Assembly (NCBI GenBank): GCA_043228905.1 | Contig: JBHGNT010000008.1 | Location: forward strand, 5,642,001-5,706,000 | Direction: 5' to 3' | DNA from: Azolla caroliniana | Lineage: Eukaryota > Plantae > Polypodiophyta | Length of the DNA: 64,000 bases | Shown: positions 12,491-24,364 of the stretch, piece after piece | Layout: every line of letters starts with the position of its first letter | Position numbering within the stretch: position 1 is the stretch's first letter | The notes under the pieces: generated by a model | Database searches by the model: none | What the model was told of the DNA's origin: nothing | What the model saw: only the letters and a program-made list of their open reading frames with translations | Position numbers and translations under genes: made by a program

Positions 12491-13375
12491 GGAATGGGCT
12501 ATTTGCCCCTCCCCCCCCCCCCCCCCCCCTCGAAATAAAGAAACGTTTTTGGCCCCCTAAAAAAAAAAACTTTTTGGCCCCTCTATTTTGGCTATTTTGG
12601 CTAAACCACCCCCCCCCCCCCCCCCCCCCCCTTCCCCCCACAAAGAAAAAAAATCTCTGATAGTTCTTCCACCATTTTGTTGCCCCCCCCAAACCCATTT
12701 TCGTTCCCCTCCCCCAACAGAAAAACATTCTCTGATATAGCTTGGCTCCTCCCCCTCCCTCACCCAAAAAAAAACATTTTGATAGCTCTCTCTCCCTCAC
12801 CAAAAAAAAACATTTTGATAGCTCTCTGATAGCTCTCGCTTCGTAGCTCAACACATAGTTGTCCCCTCCATTTTGCCCCCCAAATTTCTAGTAGTTCTCA
12901 ACATTTTGGCTATTTTGCCCCTCAATTTTCTGGTCGTTCTCAACAATTTGGCTATTTTGCCCCCCAAATTTCTGGTAGTCCTCAACATTTTGGTTATTTT
13001 GCCCCCCAAATTTCTGGTACTTCTCAACATTTTGGCTATTTTGCCCCCCAAATTTCTGGTAGTTTTGCTAATCCCCCATTTTGGCTTCACAACATGTCTC
13101 CCCAATCGTCTTCAACTTCAATTATCAATAGAACCTTCACTGAGAGAGGGGCTCTAATCAATTTTATCAAGGACCATTTCCGTGCTCAAAATATAATTGT
13201 TGTGGTGGATAAGCATAGTGACAATAGAAAAGTCACTTTCAAGTGCTATTATGGGGGGGGGGGGGGTTTAGCCAAAATAGGGGGGCCAAAAAGTTTTTCT
13301 CTTTTTTAGGGGGCCAAAAAGTTTTTTTTTCTTTTTTTTTGGGGGGGGGGGGGGGGGGGGCAAATAGCCCATTCC
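12491..13375. mobile_element. Non-autonomous Mutator-like element (MULE/MITE), 885 bp
   Basis: Long imperfect TIRs starting GGAATGGGCTATTTGCCCC and ending GGGGCAAATAGCCCATTCC. 8-bp TSD TATATAAA at 12483-12490 and 13376-13383. Contains internal 42-bp tandem repeats and a transposase-like N-terminal remnant. Confidence 0.8.
12870..13070 (+). repeat. 42-bp tandem repeat, about 5 copies
   Basis: Unit approximately TTTTGCCCCCCAAATTTCTGGTAGTTCTCAACATTTTGGCTA. Confidence 0.9.
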
Positions 13376-13379
13376 TATA

Positions 13380-15623
13380 TAAATACGTACATAAATACAT
13401 ATATGTAAATGCATACATGCTACATACATATTTTGTATATTACATATTACACACATATATTATTATGCACACAATTATATACAAATACATATATACATAC
13501 CAAACACAAAAAATATACATACATAAATAAATTACATATTATATATACACACACACATACACATACACATAAATACGTATAGTGATATATTATATGTATT
13601 ACAAATCTACATACATACAAACAAGTTATACACACACACACACATACACACACACATAAATAAATTATGTACATACTGCTGTCTACATATCATATAATCC
13701 ATTCATATTACACAATATACAAATTTACATACACATACATACATAGATGCATTACATATATATATATATGTATGTATGTATGTATACCCACACACACGCA
13801 CATAAATAAATTATGTACATACTACATACTACATATCATATATCCATTCATATTACACAATATACAAATTTACATACACATACATACATAGATGCATTAC
13901 ATATATACATACATTATTATTATTATTATATATATATGTATATATGTATATATATTGCATATGTACATATATTCCATGTATAACCATATATATATATATA
14001 CGTTATATGGGACCATACAAACTACGATACTTAAATATTTACATACATACATGATACACACATCATATATATGAGTGCATATTACGTACATGTTACAAAC
14101 ATACATACATTATATATGTATATTACATACACATACATACATACATTACATATGTACATACATATCACCACATACACAAACACAAACACACACATGGTCA
14201 TACACACTATAATAGTACATATATACATTCACATACATACATATTATATTATAAACACACATCCAAACACATCGAATCATGTACATGGACATATGCATAT
14301 ATGTATGTAGATACATGCATACATACATATTCCACATATCACCATATATATACATAGGTCATATGGGGTCATACAAATTACAATACTTACAAGTTACATA
14401 CATACATACATACACACACATTAGATATATATATAATTACACATACGTTGGATATATGCATGCATATTATGTGCATATTGCAAACATACATCCATATATG
14501 AGCCATACACATACTAAACACGAAAATACCCTGAAAATATACATACATAAATACATTACATATTACATATATACACATACGTGCATTCGTACATGAACAT
14601 ACATATATTCATTCATACATTGCTACAGGTACATACGTACACATGCCTACAATGATACATTTATAAATATTACCAACTTACATCCATACATGTACATACA
14701 TGCATGCATGCATACAATACGAATGTCATACATCGCTAAACGTACATACGTACACATGCCTACAATGATACATTTATAAATGTTACCAACTTACATCCAT
14801 ACATGTACATACATACATGCATGCATACATACAATGCGAATGTATATACACATACATACGTGCATATGTGTATATACGTATGTGGTGCGTGTTGTATGTT
14901 TGTGTGTATATATTGCATTGTATACATGAATACACACACATAACACATACACACGTGCCATACATAGAATACATACATATGCACATGTAAAGAACACACA
15001 CACACACATGCCATACACACAATACATACAACACATGCAATACAATACAATATGTACATACACACACATACATATATACACCTGCAATACAATACATACA
15101 TATGTACATCAATAGAAAATATACACACATAACACATACATACATAGACACATGCTATATATACAATACATAATACATACATACATATGTAGAAATATAG
15201 AACACACACAAACACACACATAACACATACGTACATAGACACATGCTACACATATGATACATATAATACATACATACATATGCATATATAGAAAATATAC
15301 ACACACACAAACATTAGCACATACATACATAGACACATGTTACACATACAAATTTACAATACATATATAAGCACATCTATAGAACACGTGTGCGCGCACA
15401 CACACACACCCATATACACACACATGTTGTACGTACAATACATACATACACACACATGCCATATACACAATACATACATAAACACATGCATAGAACATAC
15501 ACAATTATCCATGTAGTAGATACACACACACACACATGGCATACATACAACACATGCAATATAATACATACATATGCACACACACCAAATATACATACAT
15601 ACATAAGGCACATGTAAACATAA

Positions 15624-15668
<45 letters not shown>

Positions 15669-15670
15669 AA
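13380..15670. repeat. Degenerate (TA)n/(CA)n/(TACA)n low-complexity tract, recurring at ~16340-16950
   Basis: Directly visible. The ORFs here are Y/I/C/V/M-rich artefacts of the repeats. Confidence 0.9.
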
Positions 15671-15876
15671 CATTATTTTTAAAACGTGTGGCAGAGTGAC
15701 GCTAATTGTTTCAAAAAAAGGGGGGAGGGGGAATTACATTCTTGTTTTAGCAAAAAATAAGGGGGGAAATGAAGAGAATTAAAGGGAGGAGAGTATACCA
15801 AAAAATGTTATCTATTTTTTGAACAATGATTTTATATCACCAAAAAATGTGTATCCAATATTTATCCATGACTAAC

Positions 15877-16305
15877 ACTTCCATGAAACCACGAGATATG
15901 CAATGTTACATAGCATGTCAAAGAAGATGGCATTGAAGGTGATCTTATTCTATTCTTGTTATGATATATCTTCTGTTAGATATATCGTTTTTCACTTCCA
16001 TGAAACCACGATATATGCAATGTTACATAGGCATGTCAAAGAAGATGGCATTGAAGGCAATCCTATTATATTCTTGTTATGATATATCTTCTGTTAGATA
16101 TATCGTTTTTCACTTCCATGAAACCACGATATATGCAATGTTACATAGCATGTCAAAGAAGATGGCATTGAAGGCAATCCTATTATATTCTTGTTATGAT
16201 ATATCTTCTGTTAGATATATCGTTTTTCACTTCCATGAAACCACGATATATGCAATGTTACATAGGCATGTCAAAGAAGATGGCATTGAAGGTGATCCTA
16301 TTCTT
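15877..16305 (+). repeat. ~117-bp tandem repeat, about 3.7 copies
   Basis: Units start CACTTCCATGAAACCACG at about 15877, 15993, 16111 and 16228. Confidence 0.9.
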
Positions 16306-17714
16306 TGAATGAAGGTGGTGTGAAGACGCACATACTCTCCACGCTCACATACATGCAAATATATATACAAACATCCATACATACATACATACATACAAAC
16401 AAACACATTCTAAACAAAAGAAAAACAAAAAATACAAAATGAAGAACAAAATAAATAAATACTTGTTAAAAAAAGTAAAAACAAAAATTAAACATGTTGC
16501 AAAATGATAGTATGTCAGTGATGCCAATAGTGATGAGTTTTGGCATCACTACCAACCTATTTTATTGTGACATGTATAGAATAAACATCCACATAGATCT
16601 AACATGCACATATATAGAACACATATATACATACATTCATAGACACACTGAACATAGACACATAGACACATGGCATAATACAATACATAATGCAATACAA
16701 TATAATACAATACAATACATACATACATACATACATACATACATACATACATACATACATACATAAACATGGAATACATTATAGTACATGTATACATACA
16801 CATGCAATACAATACATAAACATGGAATACAACACAATACATACACACACATAACATATACATATATACATATAGCCATGCATAAAATATGCCCAACACA
16901 TTCAAATAATGCAATGCATATTTATATACATTATAGAATATACATGTGTTTTTCTATGTAAGGGTATTTAAAATAGTTGTTGTCAAAATATATATTGACA
17001 ATAAGGGGTATTTTTATTAACCGTTTTTTTACAAAAGGGTTTTAAAATAGTGAAAAAACATATGTATAAGGGGTTTATAAAATATATCTTGAACGCACGT
17101 GATACAACCTCTTTATATATAGTGGAGCCCCAAGCTTTAACGCTTCTAATAATATTCTATTCATCTAAGCGTTAGGTCCGGCGGACAACACTTGGCACGC
17201 AGGTGGGACAATGCCATGGCATGTCGGACCCGTCCCTCTACTCATCGTTCAAAATGTCCAGGATGTTCGGCTTTGTCCGTACGGCCTAGTCCGGAAACAG
17301 TGTGACGTCCGTAGGTGCTCCGTTGTTCTACTCGATTGGCTTCTCCAATTGTGTGTCGTCCACTTCACCACGTTCGGTTGGTGTGTGAGTTCCCATGTTG
17401 TCATCTGTACTCCGCGTGATCAGGGCCAGCTCCGTTGGTTTGATGTCCGGCTCATTCCTCCTAGGTTCTAGCGTGGGCTCTTCAGTCTGTGGGCAAGGCG
17501 TCAGACGGGGCTCTTCCTTGTCCGTTTCTTCCGTAGCATTGAGGTGTAGTGGTCACCTCCAGAGGGTTGTCCGAATTGGGTTGAGGCTCATCTTGTTCGG
17601 CGGAATCACTGTTTGGTATTGCAATGGTCTCTGTCCTCTGTTGTTCACTACTGACCTCCATTAGTCGGCGGAAAATGTCTTCCTGACTTTCCCCGCAATC
17701 TTCCAACAGCTGCG

Positions 17715-17979
17715 TGTTGAAAAACAGTGCTCGGCCACAACCGAGGAATAGGATCAACTCTCAGAAAACGGGAAATACAAAGTGCACGGGGACAATAGAG
17801 AGAAAGGTACACTGGATATTTTACGTGGAAAACCCTAAATGGGAAAAAACCACGGGAGTCCTCAAACTCCAACTATCACTATGAACAGGGATGTACACTG
17901 GTGAAGCTACAAGGCAACAACCTTGAGCTCACTGTCTTCGCCACAGGCGGCGGTAATACACAGAGGCAACGACCTCTTC

Positions 17980-18022
<43 letters not shown>

Positions 18023-21000
18023 GGCTGCTCTCACTACGCATAAAAATGAGCAACAACAACATTTAAACTGTTTGCCCTAAGTCATATTTATACACATATG
18101 ACTTTCGGGCTATTTACAAATATAGCCTCAAGGGCTCTTGGCAAAACATATTCACAAATATGTCCCCGCATCCGGATCTCTCTCCGGGTACATTCGTCAT
18201 CCGGCTCCGTAACCGGGGTCTTCAGCATCCGGCTCCGTAGCCGGGGTATTCATCATCCGGCTCCGTAGCCGGGGTCTTCATCATCCGGCTCCGTAGCCAG
18301 GGTCTTCGTCATCCGGCTCCGTAACCGCAACCGGGCTTGCCGTCATTCATCTCCGGACATCCCATCCGGAGGGACCGAAATCCCAACAAACTCCCCCTTC
18401 ACTTCGGCATGGGATGTCTCTCCAATCCGATCCTCTTCCGGCATGCTTCCAGCTTGTCGGGTGTGAGCACTTTGGTCAGCATATCTGAGCCGTTCTCGTC
18501 CGTGTGGATCTTCGTCAGCACGAACTCCTGGTCTTCTATCCTTTCCCGGATCCAGTGATATCTTCGCTGGATGTGCTTCGTCTGGGAGTGATAGGCCGCG
18601 TTCTTCGCAAGGTGGATGGCACTCTGACTGTCGCAGTAGAGTCGGTACTCCTCCTGCCGGATACTGAGCTCTCTAATGAAGTCCTTCATCCATATCATTT
18701 CCTTGCCGGCTTCAACAGCCGCCATGTACTCCGCCTCCGTGGTTGACAACGCAACCGTCTTCTGCAGCCTCGACTGCCACGAAACAGCTCCCCCTGCATA
18801 CGTCATCACATACCCTGATGTGGACCGGCTGGTATCTGCATCAGCCGACATATCCGAATCGGTAAAGCCGTCGAGTTCGGGCTTACCGGAGCCGAATCGG
18901 AGGCACACGTTTGCCGTGCCCTTCAGGTATCGGAGTATCCACTTGACCGCGTTCCAGTGCTCCTTGCCGGGATTGCTCATGTACCGGCTCACCACTCCGA
19001 CTGCGTATCCTATGTCCGGTCTTGTACACACCATTGCGTACATCAAGCTTCCGATGGCAGAGGCATATGGTACTTTCATCATGTCCTCTTTCTCAGCCTT
19101 TGTCTTGGGGCTTTGCTTGCTGGACAACTTGCAGTTTGCCGGGAGAGTTGATCCGACCGGTCTTGCTTCCGACATGTTGAACCAGTGAAGCACCTTTGTT
19201 ACGTACTTCTCCTGTGACAGCCACAACTGCTTCTTCTTCCGGTCTCGGATGGTGTGCATCCCTAGTATTTGCCTCGCCGGACCCAGGTCCTTCATTGAGA
19301 AGGTTCGGTGAAGTGCTTTCTTCAGCATCCGTATCTTGCCCTGGTCCCGTCCGACGATCAACATGTCGTCCACGTACAGGAGGAGTATTAGAGAGTCTCC
19401 TCCTTCGAACTTCTTCACAAACACGCAGTGATCGGACTGCGTTTTGTGGTACCCTTCGTCGGTCATGAAGGAGTCGAACTTCCGGTACCATTGCCGGGGA
19501 GCCTGCTTCAGTCCGTAAAGGCTCTTCTTCAACCGGCATACCAGGTGCTCCTTCCCTTTCTTCTCGAATCCTTCCGGTTGCTGCATGTAGATCTCTTCTT
19601 CGAGGTCACCGTGAAGGAATGCCGTCTTCACGTCCATCTGTTCTACCTCGAGGTCCATGCTTGCCGCTATGCTCAGCACCGTCCGGATGGAGGTCATCTT
19701 CACTACCGGGGCAAATATCTCGTCGAAGTCGACGCCCTTCTTCTGCTGGAACCCCTTCACCACGATCCTGGCTTTGTATCTCGGGGGGTTTCCGGCATCT
19801 CCCGGTTTCAGCTTGAACACCCACTTGTTTCGAAGTGCCCGCTTTCCTTTCGGCAACTCCACAAGTTCATATGTGTGGTTCTCATGCAGGGAATCCATCT
19901 CCTCCTACATGGCACTTAACCACCTGCGGCTATGGGTGTCAAGTTTTGCTTCTTCAAAACTCTCCGGCTCCCCCTCGTCGGTTAGCAACACGTGCTCTGG
20001 TTCCGGAAATCTCCGGGGGGCCCTTCTCTCTCTTAGAGGGTATCTCCGTTCCGGAGCTTCGGTAACCGGCTGCTCCGTTTCCTCTTCATCCGAATCCATT
20101 TCGGGATCAGGGCCGGTTCCGGTATCAGTTTCATCTTCCTCGGCCGGTTCTGTTTCTTCACCGTCTTCGGCCGGATCCTCGAGTGCTAATCGGTCCCTTG
20201 CCGGTCGGGACTGCTCCTCGTAGAGTTTATCCTCACCGGTCGACTTGGAGCTCTTCATCTTCTTCTCCGACTCCCAGTCGGCGAGTGTCTTGTCCTCCAT
20301 GAAGATGATATCTCGACTCCTGAATATCTTCTTGTCGACCGGGTCCCATACTCGGTAGCCGAACTCGTCGTCGCCGTAACCGAGGAATATGCATGGCCAG
20401 GTCTTTGGATCTAACTTTCCTCTCCGGTCCTTTGCCACATGCACGTATGCGAGACACCCGAACACCTTCAGATGCCGGTAGGACACTTCCTTACCGGTCC
20501 ACACTTTCTGCGGCGTGTCTCCGTCCAAAGGTACTGAGGGTGATCTATTTATCACATACGTCGCCGTCGACATTGCCTCAGCCCAAAATCCCTTGGGTAA
20601 TTTCGCATGCGCCAGCATACTCCGGACCCTCTCCATTATGGTCCGGTTCATCCTCTCGGCCAGCCCGTTCAGTTCCGGCGTCTTCGGCACAGTAAACTCG
20701 AGCTGGATTCCCTTCGAGCGACAGTACTCCTGGAACTGCCCCCGGTATTCCCCTCCGTTATCCGCTCGTATCGCTTTCAGCTTCTTGCCGGATTCCCTTT
20801 CCACTCTCGCGTGAAGTTCTTTGAAAACGCACAACACTTGGTCCTTTGTCTTCAACGGTGCCGTCCACAGCTTCCGGCTGTGGTCATCAATGAATGTCAC
20901 GAAGTACTGGGCTCCGCCATGTGACTTCGTTTCTACTTGACACACGTCAGTGTGCACCAGCTCCAATGGTGCGCTACGTCTCGTCGGTGGCCTTGAGTGG

Positions 21001-22768
21001 AAGGAGGTCCGGTTTTGCTTACCGGCCAGGCAGTCGGTGCACTTCTCCAGGTGCACATGCTTCACTGGAATAAGGTTGTCTTCTTCAAGCCTCTTCATCC
21101 CCTTCTCACTCATGTGGCACAGTCTCTTGTGCCACAGCTCACCGGCAGTGTCGGCTGCCACGTTCAGCTCCTCCGGACATAGCCGGGAATTCATCAGGTA
21201 CAGTGTGTTGACCTTCCGGGCCCGAGCCACTATCAGGCTCCCCTTGCTGAACTTCATGACACCGTTCCGGATGCTACCCGTGTAGCCTTCATCATCTAGC
21301 CTCCCGGCCGAGATCAGGTTCAATCGGACCTCCGGAACGTGTCGCACATCCTTCAGCAGCATCTTGCATTCGGTTGATGTCATCAACCACACGTCTCCTA
21401 TGCCGGCAATCCGGCATGTGCCTTCATTTCCCATCCGGACACAGCCGTGCTCACCGGTTGTGTAGGATGAGAAGTATTTCTTCTCCGGGGTCAGGTGGAA
21501 CGACGCTCCGGAATCAACCACCCAGGTCATCTCTACACCGGCAAGGTTCAGCTCCCTCTCTTCGGTAATGAGCATGATTTCTTCCTCACTTGCCGCGAGT
21601 GCCGTCGTTCCTTTCCGGTCCTGCCCTCGCCGATCCGGACCTCTCCGGTCCGTGGCTCCCCGGTATGCACCGTTTCTCTCCGGTGACTTCTTCGAATCGG
21701 TGTCGTCGGCTCCGTTGTCCTTTCGGTAATGCCGACAATTCTTCCGGAAGTGCCCCGGCTTCCCACAGTGGAAGCATGTGGGCCTTCCTCTTGACTGCGA
21801 CCGGGTCCCCGACTTCTCCCGTCTTTGCGGACTCCGGTTCCATTGTCTTCCCCGATCCGATTCGGTAAGCAGCATCTTCGGATCGGAAACCGGTTCTTTA
21901 TCTCTCCGACGCGCTTCTTCGTTCAAAATGCTTGTCTTTACCGTTTGTAGAGACAAGTTATCTTCGGTGCAGGAGGTGCTGAGAGTCACCACCAAGTTCT
22001 CCCAGCTTTCCGGCAATGTACACATCAGAATGATGGCTTGCATTGCATCCTCCAACGGGAACTTGATCGCCGCAAGCTGGTTCACGAATCCCATGAACGT
22101 GCTCACGTGTTCCACCATATTCTCGCCGTCCCGGTACTTGAGGTTCACTATCTTCCTCATCAGGGAGGTCCGGTTCAACGCATTCTTCCTCTCGTAGAGG
22201 CCCGACAGCTTCTTCCACATCTCATATGCGTTGGTGTCGTTCGCCACATGTTGTAGGACGCTTACATCGACATATTGCCGAATCGTCGCTACAGCTTTCC
22301 GGTTCAGGAGCTTCCACTCCGACTCTATTACTCCCTTGGGTATCTCGGCATTGTCGATCGGTTCGTACAGGTCTCGGACGATGAGAAGGTCTTCCATCTT
22401 TATCTTCCAGTCGGCGTAGTTCTGCGAGTTCAACACCATCATGCCCGGAGGCCCACTACCGCCGCCTTCCATTTTCTGTGTTACCGTCGCTCTGATACCA
22501 ATTTGTTGAAAAACAGTGCTCGGCCACAACCGAGGAATAGGATCAACTCTCAGAAAACGGGAAATACAAAGTGCACGGGGACAATAGAGAGAAAGGTACA
22601 CTAGATATTTTACGTGGAAAACCCTAAATGGGAAAAAACCACGGGAGTCCTCAAACTCCAACTATCACTATGAACAGGGATGTACACTGGTGAAGCTACA
22701 AGGCAACAACCTTGAGCTCACTGTCTTCGCCACAGGCGGCGGTAATACACAGAGGCAACGACCTCTTC

Positions 22769-22811
<43 letters not shown>

Positions 22812-23177
22812 GGCTGCTCTCACTACGCATAAAAATGAGCAACAACAACATTTAAACTGTTTGCCCTAAGTCATATTTATACACATATGACTTTCGGGCT
22901 ATTTACAAATATAGCCTTAAGGGCTCTTGGCAAAACATATTCACAAATATGTCCCCGCATCCGGATCTCTCTCCGGGTACATTCGTCATCCGGCTCCGTA
23001 ACCGGGGTCTTCAGCATCCGGCTCCGTAGCCGGGGTATTCATCATCCGGCTCCGTAGCCGGGGTCTTCATCATCCGGCTCCGTAGCCAGGGTCTTCGTCA
23101 TCCGGCTCCGTAACCGCAACCGGGCTTGCCGTCATTCATCTCCGGACATCCCATCCGGAGGGACCGAAATCCCAACA
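17715..23177 (-). mobile_element. Full-length young Ty1/copia B (Tnt1/Tork-like)
   Basis: 674-bp LTRs at 17715-18388 and 22504-23177, with only two differences seen. TSD CTGCG. Met(i) PBS at 22489-22500 and PPT TGAAGGGGGAG at ~18391-18401. Confidence 0.97.
18399..22472 (-). pseudogene. gag-pol: Copia gag-pol polyprotein (Gag, CCHC knuckle, protease, integrase, RT, RNase H) with one in-frame stop
   Basis: Motifs CFHCGKPGHFRKNC, WVVDSGAS, VHTDVC, LLYVDDML and LSTTEAEY. The TAG at 19905-19907 corresponds to CAA (Gln) in paralog G. Confidence 0.93.
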
Positions 23178-24215
23178 CTGCGTGAGTGCTTCAGAGTGTT
23201 GGTCTGCTAGTGTGTGATAGTCTTGCGGGAGGGAGGTCTTCACGTATTGCCGCAATGGTTTCCTCATTGAGCTTGTAGAAGCCTCTGCCTTCTTTTCGTC
23301 AGTTCTCCCAGTCCGCCCGGTAGGTGTGCAATTCTATTGCTTGCGTTGCCCCCGCCATCCATCCTTTGTCCAATGCCACTTTGAAGTGTGCCGTAAACCG
23401 TTCGCGATTTGTTTGAAGAAGGACGCGTACATTGTCCGTTATTGTTTGGGAGCGGGTGTGCGCGTCGTTTAGGGCTTTCTTGAGGTTTTCGATTTTACGC
23501 TTATTGGCCATAACTATTTTCTCATAGAGGCTCTTCATCTTCGTCCATATATGGGATTCTTTCAAGTGTAGTTCCTCGAGCTGGCCCATTTCATTGTTCA
23601 AGTGGACTTCTACTTGATGCTTTAGTTCGTGTTCCCGCACGAGCTACTCGTCGTACCACATTGTCGTGAAGAAAACCGTCCACGAGCGGAATCGGTGCAC
23701 CGGGGCGTAGAAACCGACTCTTCATGCACGTGCGCCTTAAGTTGTACATAGGAGATCCTAGGTAGATTCGGTAGGTAGGGAGTAAAGGGGGAAACGGCTG
23801 CTTCCTTGCCTATAAAAGGAGGGAGACGAGGAGGGTAGAGGGATCGCGGAGAGTCGAGGACGAAGTGCTGTCGGTTTGCGTGCGAAGGCCTCTCTCTCTC
23901 TCTCTCTTTCTGGTTGCAAACGCCATAGCTTCCTTCTGTGCAGGTTTCGGGAGGCCCGCGCTGCTCTGAGGAATGCCCGAGTGCTTCCGGCAGCAACTCC
24001 AACCTACTCATTCCCCTCTGCGCATTTACGAGCAGGTATCGGCATCTGTTCGCCGGCCTGTTCGGTTGTAACCGACTTCGTGTTTTGTTGTCTTCGTGTT
24101 CTTGTTGTTTGTCTTGTCAATACATACATACTTTCGTGTCGTTTTGTGTCGCTGTCCCACTCGCGTCTTTGCGTCGAAGGGCCGTGTCCCTGTGAATCTA
24201 CGCTCGCACGTAGTG

Positions 24216-24260
<45 letters not shown>

Positions 24261-24364
24261 TCGGTACAGGACCCCCGAGGTCCCGCCTCACTCCACGCAT
24301 CCACGAGGAATACCTCGACATATTTGGTGAACCCGACGTGAAGGAGGCGGCAGAAGAGCAGAAG

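Larger units (their letters stand above)
12137..17101. mobile_element. Putative non-autonomous DNA element: AT-rich, microsatellite-filled, short CAC-initiated TIRs
   Basis: Termini CACGTGAGTTCA / TGAACGCACGTG (11/12 inverted match). Flanks ATAG/ATAC could be an imperfect 4-bp TSD. AAGGG(G)T motifs recur near both ends. It separates two LTR-like pieces. Confidence 0.4.

Noticed and set aside
13243-16914. Many ORFs rich in Y, I, H, T, C, V and M
   Set aside because: They are translations of TA/CA microsatellites and carry no domain signal.
22473-22661. N-terminal extension of the 918-aa ORF
   Set aside because: It runs through the LTR and PBS from a non-ATG start. The likely Gag start is the ATG at 22472.
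23876-24364. N-terminal part of the 491-aa ORF (SLSLSL runs)
   Set aside because: It is LTR sequence with (CT)n. Homology with element D supports a start at MRGS (24365).
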